Assembly (NCBI GenBank): GCA_046483985.1 | Contig: JAWOCD010000072.1 | Location: 1-44,583 of the forward strand | Length of the DNA: 44,583 nucleotides | Direction of reading: 5' to 3' | Origin: Promethearchaeia archaeon | GTDB lineage: Archaea > Asgardarchaeota > Lokiarchaeia > Sigyniarchaeales > SOKP01 | Part shown: piece after piece, positions 18,245 through 27,503 of the stretch | Layout: every line of letters starts with the position of its first letter | Position numbering within the stretch: position 1 is the first letter of the stretch | The notes under the pieces: model-generated | What the model was told of the DNA's origin: nothing | Seen by the model: the letters and a program-made list of their open reading frames with translations, nothing else | Database searches by the model: none | Translations under genes and position numbers: made by a program

Positions 18245-19210
18245 ATGAAAGTGATTTTATTTGGACCAGCAAATGCGGGAAAAACATCTTTAATGCGCAC
18301 GACTTGCTTGGGTTATAATTTTATGAAAGTGGCAAATTTGAAACCCACTCGAGGTGTCTCTCGAGAAAACTTTTTATTTCGTGGTATAACTGAGCTTAAC
18401 GTGTGGGATATGGGAGGACAAGAAAAATATATGAATCGTTACTTTTCAGAGACTCAGCGAGAATTCATTTTTTCCGAGGTAACTACGGCAATATTTATGG
18501 TAGATTCTACGGTCGTTGACGAGAAGATTCGAGAGTTATTTGATAGGTTCTTGAAACAGCTATTTGAGTTTTCGCCTCATGTGGATAAAGTGTATGTACT
18601 TATTAATAAAATTGACTTAGACAATTCAAAAGAGGACGAATTGTTTACCTTACTTTCGGAAGATATAAATCCGGAGACCCGAGAAAAGTTGGCATTTACC
18701 CCTGTTTCCGTAAAAGAGGGCTCAGCCCAACATCGTCTCATTGAAATTTTGGATTTTGAAATCCAAAGGAGTACTTTATCCATTCAGAGAATTGGAAAAA
18801 TTAGACATCTCTTAGATGAATTAAAGGCTAGTACTTTATCGGATTATCTTTTATTTAACCAACCCGACGGGCTTTTAATCTCTTCTACTTTTGGTAAATT
18901 TGAAAGTGAACCTTTAGAATTTATGAAGTTTGAGATAGGAACGTTAGATTCCAACATATATCAAATTTACAATAAGATTATGGAGTTAATGCATTACCCT
19001 AAGTCTAAAATGACCCCAATTTCTCTATCGATTATCATTTACGAGTCAGATAATTCCTATGTGTTAGTAAAAGATATAGTAGACAGTTCTGCAGTTTTAA
19101 TGGCAGTTACCAAAAATAAAAAGCATGAAGTCTTTTCTGCCGTAATTCAAGCTCTTAACGGGGAATTGTTTGATAGTTTAAAGAAGTTCTTGCGCACGGC
19201 TGAATTCTAA
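18245..19210 (+). CDS. Rag/Gtr1-like small GTPase with C-terminal roadblock-like domain
   Basis: G1 GPANAGKTS, G2 PTRGV, G3 WDMGGQ followed by Rag-like YMNRYF..QREFIFSEV..IFMVD, G4 NKID. C-terminal LLFNQPDGLLISS ... VLMAVT roadblock pattern. Confidence 0.82.
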   Translation: MKVILFGPANAGKTSLMRTTCLGYNFMKVANLKPTRGVSRENFLFRGITELNVWDMGGQEKYMNRYFSETQREFIFSEVTTAIFMVDSTVVDEKIRELFDRFLKQLFEFSPHVDKVYVLINKIDLDNSKEDELFTLLSEDINPETREKLAFTPVSVKEGSAQHRLIEILDFEIQRSTLSIQRIGKIRHLLDELKASTLSDYLLFNQPDGLLISSTFGKFESEPLEFMKFEIGTLDSNIYQIYNKIMELMHYPKSKMTPISLSIIIYESDNSYVLVKDIVDSSAVLMAVTKNKKHEVFSAVIQALNGELFDSLKKFLRTAEF

Positions 19211-20760
19211 CGGACCATTTCCGTTTCCTTCTTAATTTCCTTATTCCGATCCATTAATTGTTTTTTTACTACTAAATTGCATTTTTTTAAAAATAAGTCA
19301 GCGGTATCTGTGGGAATTTTCGTGCCCGCAGCAGGAGGGTGTCCGCCACCCAGAACATCAATTTCTGATAGTTTGCAAGCTTCTCTTAAGACTTCAGAAA
19401 GATTTACGCCTTTCTCCACAAGAGATCTGTTTGCTCTTGCTGAAATTTTAAACACATTTTCCTCTACCCTTTCTGCCAGTCCAATGATGGGTTTATTCTT
19501 ATCGATTATTTCGCTATCACTAAATATTAACATAGAAGCGACAGTTCCAACAATATTTTCAGTAATTACTTCTTCTCCGAAAAAATATTGGATAAATTCT
19601 TTTTGTTTTATTATCTCATTTTTCTTTAACCAATTCAACGCTTTCATTATTGATTTTTTATATTCCTTTTGATTTTGCTTGGCTTTTTTATACGCATTTG
19701 TTCTATCTCCCATAGCGATCGCTATACCAAGAGAAGCACTATTAGTTCTTCCGCATGCATTTAAAACATTGGCAAATTCCTTGCAATCATAAAGATCACT
19801 ATAATTTTTTTCTTTTCTCAGAAGATACCGATTAATAATTAGATCTTCAATAATTTCTTGTGGTTCTATATCTAATTTTAAAGTAGCATATTCAATGATG
19901 GCGCTAGATATCTTTTGCTTTTCATCTTTCGTTAGATCGCTTAATGTTCTAATCTTCCCATCAGCATTTTCCATCAATATACCTAATTGTTGGAGGAATT
20001 TGAGTGATTTATTTGCATTATTAGTAAGACCTGGCAAATTTATCTCAGAAGAATAGGCGATTGCTTCATTAAGAGGTTTTATCGATGAGAAATTTAGGTC
20101 ATCAGAAATTTCGATAAGGTTCAAATCTTTTGCGTCCTTCAAAATTATTTCATTTAGACCGGTGAATGATTTATTTTCTCCTTTCGTTTGGATATCCCCA
20201 GTTGCTCCAATAAGGGCAACGGAAGAGAGATCCTTGTTTTCTTCATTCAATATTTTTACAAAAAAATATGCCATGCCCGATCCAGACACTTCAAGACTCC
20301 CGTTGAATCCAAAAAAATAAGGATTCAAATGCCATGGTCGTGTTTTTTTAAATATTTTTTGAATCTTTTTAGTCTGTGTGTTATCCTCGACATCTTGAGG
20401 TAAATGATGGTCTAATACCAAAAAAGGAATTTCCTTTAAATATTTGAGAAGAACTTTATATTGTCCGCTTCCAAAGTCAGAAAAAATGAGAAAATTATGA
20501 CTTTTCTTTACTCTTTTGGAGAGTTTTATAATTTCCTCTCGTTCAAGTTGTTTTAAAACCGTGATTTGGAACGAAATATTAGCCCGAAACAGGGCTTTTC
20601 CTAAAATTGCCCCAGCAGTTAATCCATCCGCATCCAAATGGGTATAAATATGCACCGATGCGTCCGAAGTGGGTCCTTTAGAAAGATGCTGAATGAGATA
20701 ATCTTTTGCCTCCTCCAGATGCTGTTTAAATGATTCCGTTTTTTTCTTTATATCGTTCAT
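19207..20760 (-). CDS. Archaeal RecJ/Cdc45-like DHH/DHHA1 phosphoesterase
   Basis: HLDADG, SDFGSG, LDHH, HLNP, GATGD, LNACGR, ISAR, GGGHPPAAG. Confidence 0.9.
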   Translation of the reverse strand: MNDIKKKTESFKQHLEEAKDYLIQHLSKGPTSDASVHIYTHLDADGLTAGAILGKALFRANISFQITVLKQLEREEIIKLSKRVKKSHNFLIFSDFGSGQYKVLLKYLKEIPFLVLDHHLPQDVEDNTQTKKIQKIFKKTRPWHLNPYFFGFNGSLEVSGSGMAYFFVKILNEENKDLSSVALIGATGDIQTKGENKSFTGLNEIILKDAKDLNLIEISDDLNFSSIKPLNEAIAYSSEINLPGLTNNANKSLKFLQQLGILMENADGKIRTLSDLTKDEKQKISSAIIEYATLKLDIEPQEIIEDLIINRYLLRKEKNYSDLYDCKEFANVLNACGRTNSASLGIAIAMGDRTNAYKKAKQNQKEYKKSIMKALNWLKKNEIIKQKEFIQYFFGEEVITENIVGTVASMLIFSDSEIIDKNKPIIGLAERVEENVFKISARANRSLVEKGVNLSEVLREACKLSEIDVLGGGHPPAAGTKIPTDTADLFLKKCNLVVKKQLMDRNKEIKKETEMVR

Positions 20761-20876
20761 TTTTTTTAAGAGGAAGTCAAAAAATGTTTTATGATATTAA
20801 TATATTTAAAATATGAAAATAATAATTTATATTACAATAATAATAAAAAAATGGCTCAATAAGTGAATTATGAAAA

Positions 20877-21875
20877 ATGCATCATTTAAAAATAAATAAT
20901 TTGGCAAAAAAAATTGTAGAACAAATAATTAACAAAAAGGAAATCTATTCCGCTCAAGTTCAATCGTTAGAAAATGGTGCGACTGTAATTGATATGACAG
21001 AGGCTACTTGGGAAGGCGGAAAATTAGTGGGGGAAATATGTATGGGTGGCTTGGGCACCGTTGAGTTTTCTACTTACGACTTAGATGGGCATTATCTCCC
21101 GAGTGTTAATGTTTACACTTCAGAACCGATTATTTCTTGCATGGCTTCTCAACTTGCAGGGTGGAGCGTGAAATTAAAAAAAGAAGTTGAAGAAGATGGA
21201 GAAGTTAAGAAGAAAACAGTCTTTGATTCTTTAGGATCGGGACCTGCCCGGGCAAAGAGTAAAGCGGAGAAAAAATTATTCGCAGAATTAAATTATGAAG
21301 ACGAATCAGACTGTGCCGTGATCGTTTTTGAAACTTCAAAACGTCCTAATGAAGAAATAATGGAGATTGTAGCAAAAAAATGTCATGTTAATGTTGAAAA
21401 TACATATGCACTCTACGCTCCTACAGCGTGCTTAACGGGGTCGATTCAAGTTGCAGCCCGTATAGTAGAGACAGGAGTACATAAATTGCATGAGATTGAT
21501 TTTCCCTTAGATGTTTTACAAGATGGTTTTGGAACGACAACCGTTGCACCTATTGCTAAAGATGATTTTAGCGCAATGGGAAGGACGAATGATTCTTTAA
21601 TTGCTGGAGGACTAACTTTTTATAATATTAAAGTGGATAAAGATAAAGAAAAAGAGATATTTGAAATGCTTAAGGAGGCTCCGGCAAACACTTCGCCAAG
21701 CTATGGAAAACCTTTCCTCGATATCTTCAAAGAAGTGGATTATCAGTTTTATGAGATTGATCCTGGCTTATTTGCGCCAGCAAAATATACAGTAACAAAT
21801 GTGAAAACGGGGCATTCTCTTACCGTTGGGGAAGTGAATTTAGATCTCTTAAAAGAGTCATACGGTTTAGATTAG
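20877..21875 (+). CDS. mch: Methenyltetrahydromethanopterin cyclohydrolase
   Basis: ENGATVID, EICMGGLG, CMASQLAGW, GSGPARA, APTACLTGSIQVAARIVETGVHK, AMGRTND, YGKPF, FYEIDPGLFAPA. Confidence 0.97.
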   Translation: MHHLKINNLAKKIVEQIINKKEIYSAQVQSLENGATVIDMTEATWEGGKLVGEICMGGLGTVEFSTYDLDGHYLPSVNVYTSEPIISCMASQLAGWSVKLKKEVEEDGEVKKKTVFDSLGSGPARAKSKAEKKLFAELNYEDESDCAVIVFETSKRPNEEIMEIVAKKCHVNVENTYALYAPTACLTGSIQVAARIVETGVHKLHEIDFPLDVLQDGFGTTTVAPIAKDDFSAMGRTNDSLIAGGLTFYNIKVDKDKEKEIFEMLKEAPANTSPSYGKPFLDIFKEVDYQFYEIDPGLFAPAKYTVTNVKTGHSLTVGEVNLDLLKESYGLD

Positions 21876-21957
21876 AACATAAAACCTTTTTCTTAAACTA
21901 AAAAACTTATAACTCTTTTTTTCAATTTAATTTATAACAGAAGAAGAGATTTTTGGA

Positions 21958-23091
21958 TTAAATATTTGTCAATTCTTCTTGGTATTTCAGTATTTCAGTC
22001 GTCTTGATATCGCTGTCGAATTTGATTTTCTTTTCAATTCCTAAATAAGCACACGCTAATTGGGCCGCTGCAGCAATCTCTGCTTTCTTTAAAGTGACAG
22101 AGTAGACATCTTCTTGATATTCTTGGTTGCTGCCAAAGGGTATATGCCCTTCTTTTTCCTTAAATTCAGAAGAGCGTTCACCCTTCATTCGATATAAAAG
22201 TGAGGCCATTTTGTTAGCTACATTAAATGCTAACTGGTTTTTCACAACCAACCGAGTAATATTATTAATATCAAAATAATTTAAATTTTCGTATTTTGCT
22301 CTTAAATAAGCTTTTAAATTCTCTGAATCCTTTTCGCATTCAATCTCTGTCCAATCGTCGATGGCTAATTGTCTCCTAAAAAAGATTAATTCCCAATCAA
22401 TTTCCAGTTCCTTTAACAGTTTAAAAATATTGGAATCTTCTGCTTCTTTCGCATCAATAATAAGATACAACTGGAGACCGTAATATTTATGATCTTCCTG
22501 GAGAAAGTATCCTCTTTGCTGCATTGAGGCCAAAATTTTAAGTTTTATGGAACGAATATTATCGGAAGGATTCTTTTTTCCGCAACTTAAATAGATAACG
22601 TTGCCTTCTTCAGAAATGTATTTCCTATCAAGAAAACCCAAGATACTTTCTTGATTTTCTTTAATAAATTCCATCAATCCGGTAAGTGTTGGTTCGACAT
22701 CGTATTTTTTTAGATCTCTATCATCCACGGTAACATAGTTATTCTTATTTGCACCTATACTTAATTTAATCTGGTATAATTCTAAATCATTTCTGTTACC
22801 AAAAACAGATTTAATTGCTTCATTTACGGGAAAGACTTCCTCCTCTAAAATCTGAATATCGCCCAAGGAACTTTCATAAGGTTCTGGACTATCTAAGCTT
22901 TTATTTAGGAGAGGGGCCTCAGAAGCACTTACCTCGATATCATAATTTGCAAGATTCTTTCGGATGATAAATAAGGATTTCCCTTTTTTATTGTACACTG
23001 AAATAGCGCTTGTATCATCTATCACAGCTCTAAATTTTTTTTTTAACTTACTTTCGGTATTACTGGATGATTTTAATCTTCGTCGGCGCAT
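21958..23091 (-). CDS. Hypothetical cytoplasmic protein (377 aa)
   Basis: Long ORF with protein-like composition. No motif recognised. Confidence 0.7.
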   Translation of the reverse strand: MRRRRLKSSSNTESKLKKKFRAVIDDTSAISVYNKKGKSLFIIRKNLANYDIEVSASEAPLLNKSLDSPEPYESSLGDIQILEEEVFPVNEAIKSVFGNRNDLELYQIKLSIGANKNNYVTVDDRDLKKYDVEPTLTGLMEFIKENQESILGFLDRKYISEEGNVIYLSCGKKNPSDNIRSIKLKILASMQQRGYFLQEDHKYYGLQLYLIIDAKEAEDSNIFKLLKELEIDWELIFFRRQLAIDDWTEIECEKDSENLKAYLRAKYENLNYFDINNITRLVVKNQLAFNVANKMASLLYRMKGERSSEFKEKEGHIPFGSNQEYQEDVYSVTLKKAEIAAAAQLACAYLGIEKKIKFDSDIKTTEILKYQEELTNI

Positions 23092-23206
23092 ATTTTCTCA
23101 CAAAGTGTTTTTTATTAATTTGAATAATCTTATTAAATTAAAGAAAATTTAGTCTTAAAACCTTATCTACTATATAAAATAAAAATAATAATATTTATGC
23201 TCATCA

Positions 23207-23467
23207 TTATTTTTCATGATGAACCCTAATGTCCATTTTATTTCCCTGCATTTGACCTGAAAGGACGAAGGGTTCACTTACATCCATAATTACCCCCTTT
23301 GACGAAATATTCATTTTGGTAACTCCGGGTCGAGGCTTGGCGGGGAAAATTGTAGAGATATCCACATTATCGGCATAATACACTTCTTCATCACCAAAAT
23401 AAGTTGTCACCTTAACACCGAACTTTCCTCGGTCTTGAACCCATTTAATCCATACTTCCTTGCCCAT
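23207..23467 (-). CDS. Small hypothetical beta-rich protein (86 aa)
   Basis: ATG-started ORF, GC-richer than its AT-rich flanks, protein-like composition. Confidence 0.7.
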   Translation of the reverse strand: MGKEVWIKWVQDRGKFGVKVTTYFGDEEVYYADNVDISTIFPAKPRPGVTKMNISSKGVIMDVSEPFVLSGQMQGNKMDIRVHHEK

Positions 23468-23587
23468 CTCAAATCGTTGTTCAGAAATAATAAATCAACT
23501 AATATCTTTTCTATAGTATATTAAATATTGAGTTATAACTCTATAAATAGTTTTAATTTTAATTACTGGATTAATTTCCTTTACATG

Positions 23588-23764
23588 CTATAATTCATCT
23601 TCCAAGTAATAGTCCCCGTCCTTTTTGATATATACTATTGTAGAACCAAAATTATTCCGAACCGTATATTTGTCTCCTTGTACATCTAATAATTCAACCG
23701 AGTAAGGCAAGTGCCTGTCTTCCAATATTTCTTCAATTATTTCCTTTTCTTCTTGCGCATCCAT
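23588..23764 (-). CDS. Small acidic hypothetical protein (58 aa), below the ORF-track cutoff
   Basis: Manual translation MDAQEEKEIIEEILEDRHLPYSVELLDVQGDKYTVRNNFGSTIVYIKKDGDYYLEDEL*. GAGGT SD-like motif about 8 nt upstream on the minus strand. Confidence 0.75.
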   Translation of the reverse strand: MDAQEEKEIIEEILEDRHLPYSVELLDVQGDKYTVRNNFGSTIVYIKKDGDYYLEDEL

Positions 23765-24226
23765 GTTATATTACCTCTTAAATTAAATTTACTTAACAAT
23801 TAGAATTATTGATTAAAAAAAAATTTTATTGTTTATGAGATAAGTTGTCTCTTTAAATTCATTAAAATATTTCAATTTGGATTGCTATGAAGATATCATT
23901 TTTAAATCTTAACATAGAGATTAGAAGTCCTTTTTCTCTATTCGGAGTAAAAAAAGGTCACACTTTTCCGTCGTCTAGACATTTCTAAGACGGATCAAGA
24001 TAAGTTTTTGGACTCGCTCGAGCAAATAGGAACCTAATGTTGATGGTGAAATCTTAATGAAGATTTTGGGCTGGAAAAATAATTTTGGATTGAAATGTTA
24101 TTAAGATTTCCTTTTTTTTTTATTAAATCATTTCAATTTAAAAGTTAAATATCCTTTTAGTAAATCAAACATTCTTTTCAATAAATAAAAAAAACTTATT
24201 AAGGCATCCTTTTTAGGGATATTAAG

Positions 24227-25474
24227 ATGGCTAAACAGAAACTAGATATTGGCCTATTTACAGCAATGTATTCCCAAACAAACGGGACTGCACATGCTGC
24301 GAGGGCTTTATCTGAAGCAATTGCAGAATTAGGACATAATGTTCATGTATTCGCCCCTCGAATTCAAAATGGATATGATAAGCCCAAAACTTTACACTTT
24401 CATGATTTCGGCGGAGCGCGTATATCTAGCAAAACAGATTTTGTCTTGAGTTTACCTCTTCATAAATACTTTTTCTGTGATGAAGATTATCTTGATATCA
24501 CTCATATTCATACACACGCTACTTTTGGCACCATGGCAATTAATTGGGCTAAATATTTGGGAATCCCCATGGTTGCGACTCATGCTTCACCGATGCAATT
24601 TTATGCCGCCCAATATGTTCCCATTATAGGGAAGATCTTAACTAAGTTTGATTTAATCTGGCGGTATGAGCGACACGTCCTCGAAAAATATGACCTTGTT
24701 CATGTCCCGACTCCGTCCAAGAAAAGTCTTCTCAGGGACTATAATTTTAAAGAACCTATTTTTTCCTTGACAAACGGTATTCCTGAAAAATTTTACCAAG
24801 ATCTCAGAAAAAATGGAATTTTAGAGAAATATGGGGTTAAGGATAAAAAAGTCTTATTATATGCATCCCGTTTATCACCAGAAAAACATCCAATAAGCGT
24901 AATTAAAGCATTTAAAAAGATTCATAGAGAAGTGCCGGACGCGCATCTTCTCTTAGTGGGAAGTGACGGACCATCGACTAAACCCGTCAAAAAGCTATTG
25001 AATAGTAATTCTTATTCAGAATTTGTAACCTATGCCGGCCATGTTCCCTTTGAAGACTTATTGAAACTCTATGATGCGGCAGATTTAACATGTTTATGGT
25101 CCTTTGTGGAGGCAGAAGGTCTAGTTTTACTCGAAGCGATGGCGCAAGGCACACCTAACGTTGGTGCGAATGCATGCGGCATAAAAAATGTGATTCGGCA
25201 CGGAAAAACTGGATATTTAGCGGATAACCTCGACGAGTTTCAAAAATATGTGATTAAACTGCTGAAGGACGATGTTTTAAGGGCAAAATTTGGCAAAAAC
25301 GCAGAGAAAATTATACAAAAGTACCGAGTAAGCGAAATAGCCAAAACGTGGGTAAAAATTTATAAATTTACAATAAATGAATTATATCCCCTACGTTATT
25401 ATCGAAAAGAAAGAAAAACACGGGTTAAATTGGTGAAAGAATTCATTAGACAACTACCTCAAGCACAATTTTAG
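24227..25474 (+). CDS. GT4-family glycosyltransferase (glycolipid synthase-like)
   Basis: NG...., GHNVHVFAP, HIHTHA, TNGI, SRLSPEK, EAEGLVLLEAMAQGTP (EX7E motif). Confidence 0.9.
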   Translation: MAKQKLDIGLFTAMYSQTNGTAHAARALSEAIAELGHNVHVFAPRIQNGYDKPKTLHFHDFGGARISSKTDFVLSLPLHKYFFCDEDYLDITHIHTHATFGTMAINWAKYLGIPMVATHASPMQFYAAQYVPIIGKILTKFDLIWRYERHVLEKYDLVHVPTPSKKSLLRDYNFKEPIFSLTNGIPEKFYQDLRKNGILEKYGVKDKKVLLYASRLSPEKHPISVIKAFKKIHREVPDAHLLLVGSDGPSTKPVKKLLNSNSYSEFVTYAGHVPFEDLLKLYDAADLTCLWSFVEAEGLVLLEAMAQGTPNVGANACGIKNVIRHGKTGYLADNLDEFQKYVIKLLKDDVLRAKFGKNAEKIIQKYRVSEIAKTWVKIYKFTINELYPLRYYRKERKTRVKLVKEFIRQLPQAQF

Positions 25475-25632
25475 ACCATATTTCTCTTTGTTTAATTTCT
25501 GTTTCTTAAATCCATAATTTCATATTTATTGATTTTAAATTATTACCAATGCAATTAAATGATTAATCATTTTTATGTTATTAAATATTATCGAATTAAA
25601 ACAGTAAGAAATACATATATTAAGATAAAATT

Positions 25633-26721
25633 ATGTCTGCTCATAAAGAAATTAAAAACGAGGATAACAGTGGACCCTCAGAACAGAAATCATCTTCTAT
25701 TGAAAAACAGGACGATGTACCCAAGAAGAAAATAAAAAAAGAAGATGTTCCGCATTTCTTCCCTACTTATAGGATAAAAGGGAGCCTCTATTCAGTTCCC
25801 ATTATTATTGTGGTGGTGTGTGCGGGAATTCTTGCTTATCTAACGTATGTCGAAGCGGGGGTCCGAGTTGATGGGACCTATATCTCTGAAGAGCAATATG
25901 GAGCTGCTGGGGGCATTTTAAATGGACTAATTTTCACTGCACTGGCTGCCGTCTCGGCATTTGTTATGATTTTTCTAATAAAGAAATTTGGCATTAATCT
26001 TCTTAAATATTTATTTGGGCTAAGTTTTGGATTCATTGGTTTTTTTCTCTCCTTGTTTTTTTCGCAGATATTTACATACCTTATTTTTATAAATTTTCCT
26101 GAAACAGAGTTTATCGTTTCTACGTATTATCTTATCGTGGAATGGATTTTACCCATCTCAATAGGATTGTTTACTATTGTATTGATCTACAATTACTTCA
26201 CTACAAAATCAATTAAAATAAAGAATTTTATTGTTCTTTACATCGGCTTATTGATTGGAGCGATGATGGGGATCATTATGCCCTTATGGACTACATTAGC
26301 AATATTAATTGGCGTTTCTTTATGGGATATTTTTGCAGTGAAATCTAAGCGTGGACCTATTAAACAGATGATCGATATTGCGGGTTCTTCCTTTCAGCAT
26401 GAGGATCGTGAGGATGTTTCGGGGCTGAACCAAGAGGAAATTCAAGACAAAATTGAAAGTGGGGAATTAATGTATGATACTTCCCATTTAGAAATCGGCA
26501 TTGGGGATTTAGCATTTTATAGCATGCTCACCACCGCAGCATTGCTCCGAACGTCCTCCATAATTGTTATGATTTTTACGGCGACTGCTATAATTATCGG
26601 CACTGGAATTACCATCTCTGGGCTTAAAAGGAATAAAATCCTCCCGGGACTCCCCATCTCCATTTTTCTCGGCATTACCGCAATGCTTATATCATGGGGA
26701 ATCATCATGTTTTTTTCCTGA
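25633..26721 (+). CDS. Presenilin-like GxGD intramembrane aspartyl protease
   Basis: Multiple TM helices. WTT....SLWDIFAV...GPIKQM (YD-equivalent), IGIGDLAFYSML (GxGD), LPGLPISI (PAL-equivalent). Confidence 0.9.
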   Translation: MSAHKEIKNEDNSGPSEQKSSSIEKQDDVPKKKIKKEDVPHFFPTYRIKGSLYSVPIIIVVVCAGILAYLTYVEAGVRVDGTYISEEQYGAAGGILNGLIFTALAAVSAFVMIFLIKKFGINLLKYLFGLSFGFIGFFLSLFFSQIFTYLIFINFPETEFIVSTYYLIVEWILPISIGLFTIVLIYNYFTTKSIKIKNFIVLYIGLLIGAMMGIIMPLWTTLAILIGVSLWDIFAVKSKRGPIKQMIDIAGSSFQHEDREDVSGLNQEEIQDKIESGELMYDTSHLEIGIGDLAFYSMLTTAALLRTSSIIVMIFTATAIIIGTGITISGLKRNKILPGLPISIFLGITAMLISWGIIMFFS

Positions 26722-26879
26722 GTTTTCTCACATCTCGCATTAGAGATGAATTAAGCCTAATTTACCTTTCTGAAGCCCATAATAAGAAGATTATAAAGGA
26801 TATATTGATAACCAAGATTCAAAAATTATGGATGTTTTTTAATTATTAGAATACTTATTCATTTTAATGGTGAATAGAA

Positions 26880-27167
26880 ATTAACTCAAATTCCGATACT
26901 CAACCAAAAACAGGATTCGAGAAGATTATCGAATTTTTCAATACCCAAATTGAGAAAAATAACCCTGTTGGGATTACAGAGATTGTGGATTACACGGATC
27001 TCTCTTGGACCTATGTGAAACGTGTCTTGACAAAAGAGCTGAACGATAACTATGTTGGGTTTCATATGAAAAAATCTGGAAATACGTGGATGACGTGGAA
27101 AGATAGAGATAAGATCGTAAGAGAACTTGACCATACTTGCCGTGAATTACTTGAGGATACTGACTAA
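26880..27167 (+). CDS. Small winged-helix DNA-binding protein (probable non-AUG start)
   Basis: Frame is open from 26874: ..KTGFEKIIEFF..PVGITEIVDYTDLSWTYVKRVL..FHMKKSGNTWMTW, a helix-HTH-wing pattern. GGTGA at 26869-26873 precedes ATT 26880. The track's GTG 26985 falls inside the HTH. Confidence 0.6.
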   Translation: MNSNSDTQPKTGFEKIIEFFNTQIEKNNPVGITEIVDYTDLSWTYVKRVLTKELNDNYVGFHMKKSGNTWMTWKDRDKIVRELDHTCRELLEDTD

Positions 27168-27448
27168 TACTTGATATAGAATAAATTTTTCCTAGTTCAT
27201 GGCTCACTTCTATTGGAAACTCAAAATAGGAGACTTTCAATAGGTTATTTAAGGGGAAATCAGCAAGTTTATATTATTCCTAACTTTTTACAGACAATTT
27301 AAGAAAATCGTTAAAATTTCACTAGAATTTACCAATCTGTAACCATTATAATAATGAAATAACCAAAATTAACAAGTAAATTCTTACTCCCCCTCCAAAC
27401 TTCCGCATTTTAAGATTTCATTTTGTTGGAAATTTCACACAAACCTAT

Positions 27449-27483
27449 TTTAACTATTCATTATTACACAATTTAACTATTCA
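27449..27483. promoter_or_regulatory. 12-bp direct repeat TTTAACTATTCA x2 upstream of FrhB-like gene (possible operator)
   Basis: Exact copies at 27449-27460 and 27472-27483, period 23 bp, ending 20 bp before the CDS. Confidence 0.4.
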
Positions 27484-27503
27484 CAATTAGAAAAAATAAT
27501 TCT

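Noticed and set aside
11578-21875. ftr/mtd/mch as evidence of methanogenesis or novelty
   Set aside because: These are standard H4MPT methyl-branch genes known from Lokiarchaeia, and no mcr or mtr is in the window.
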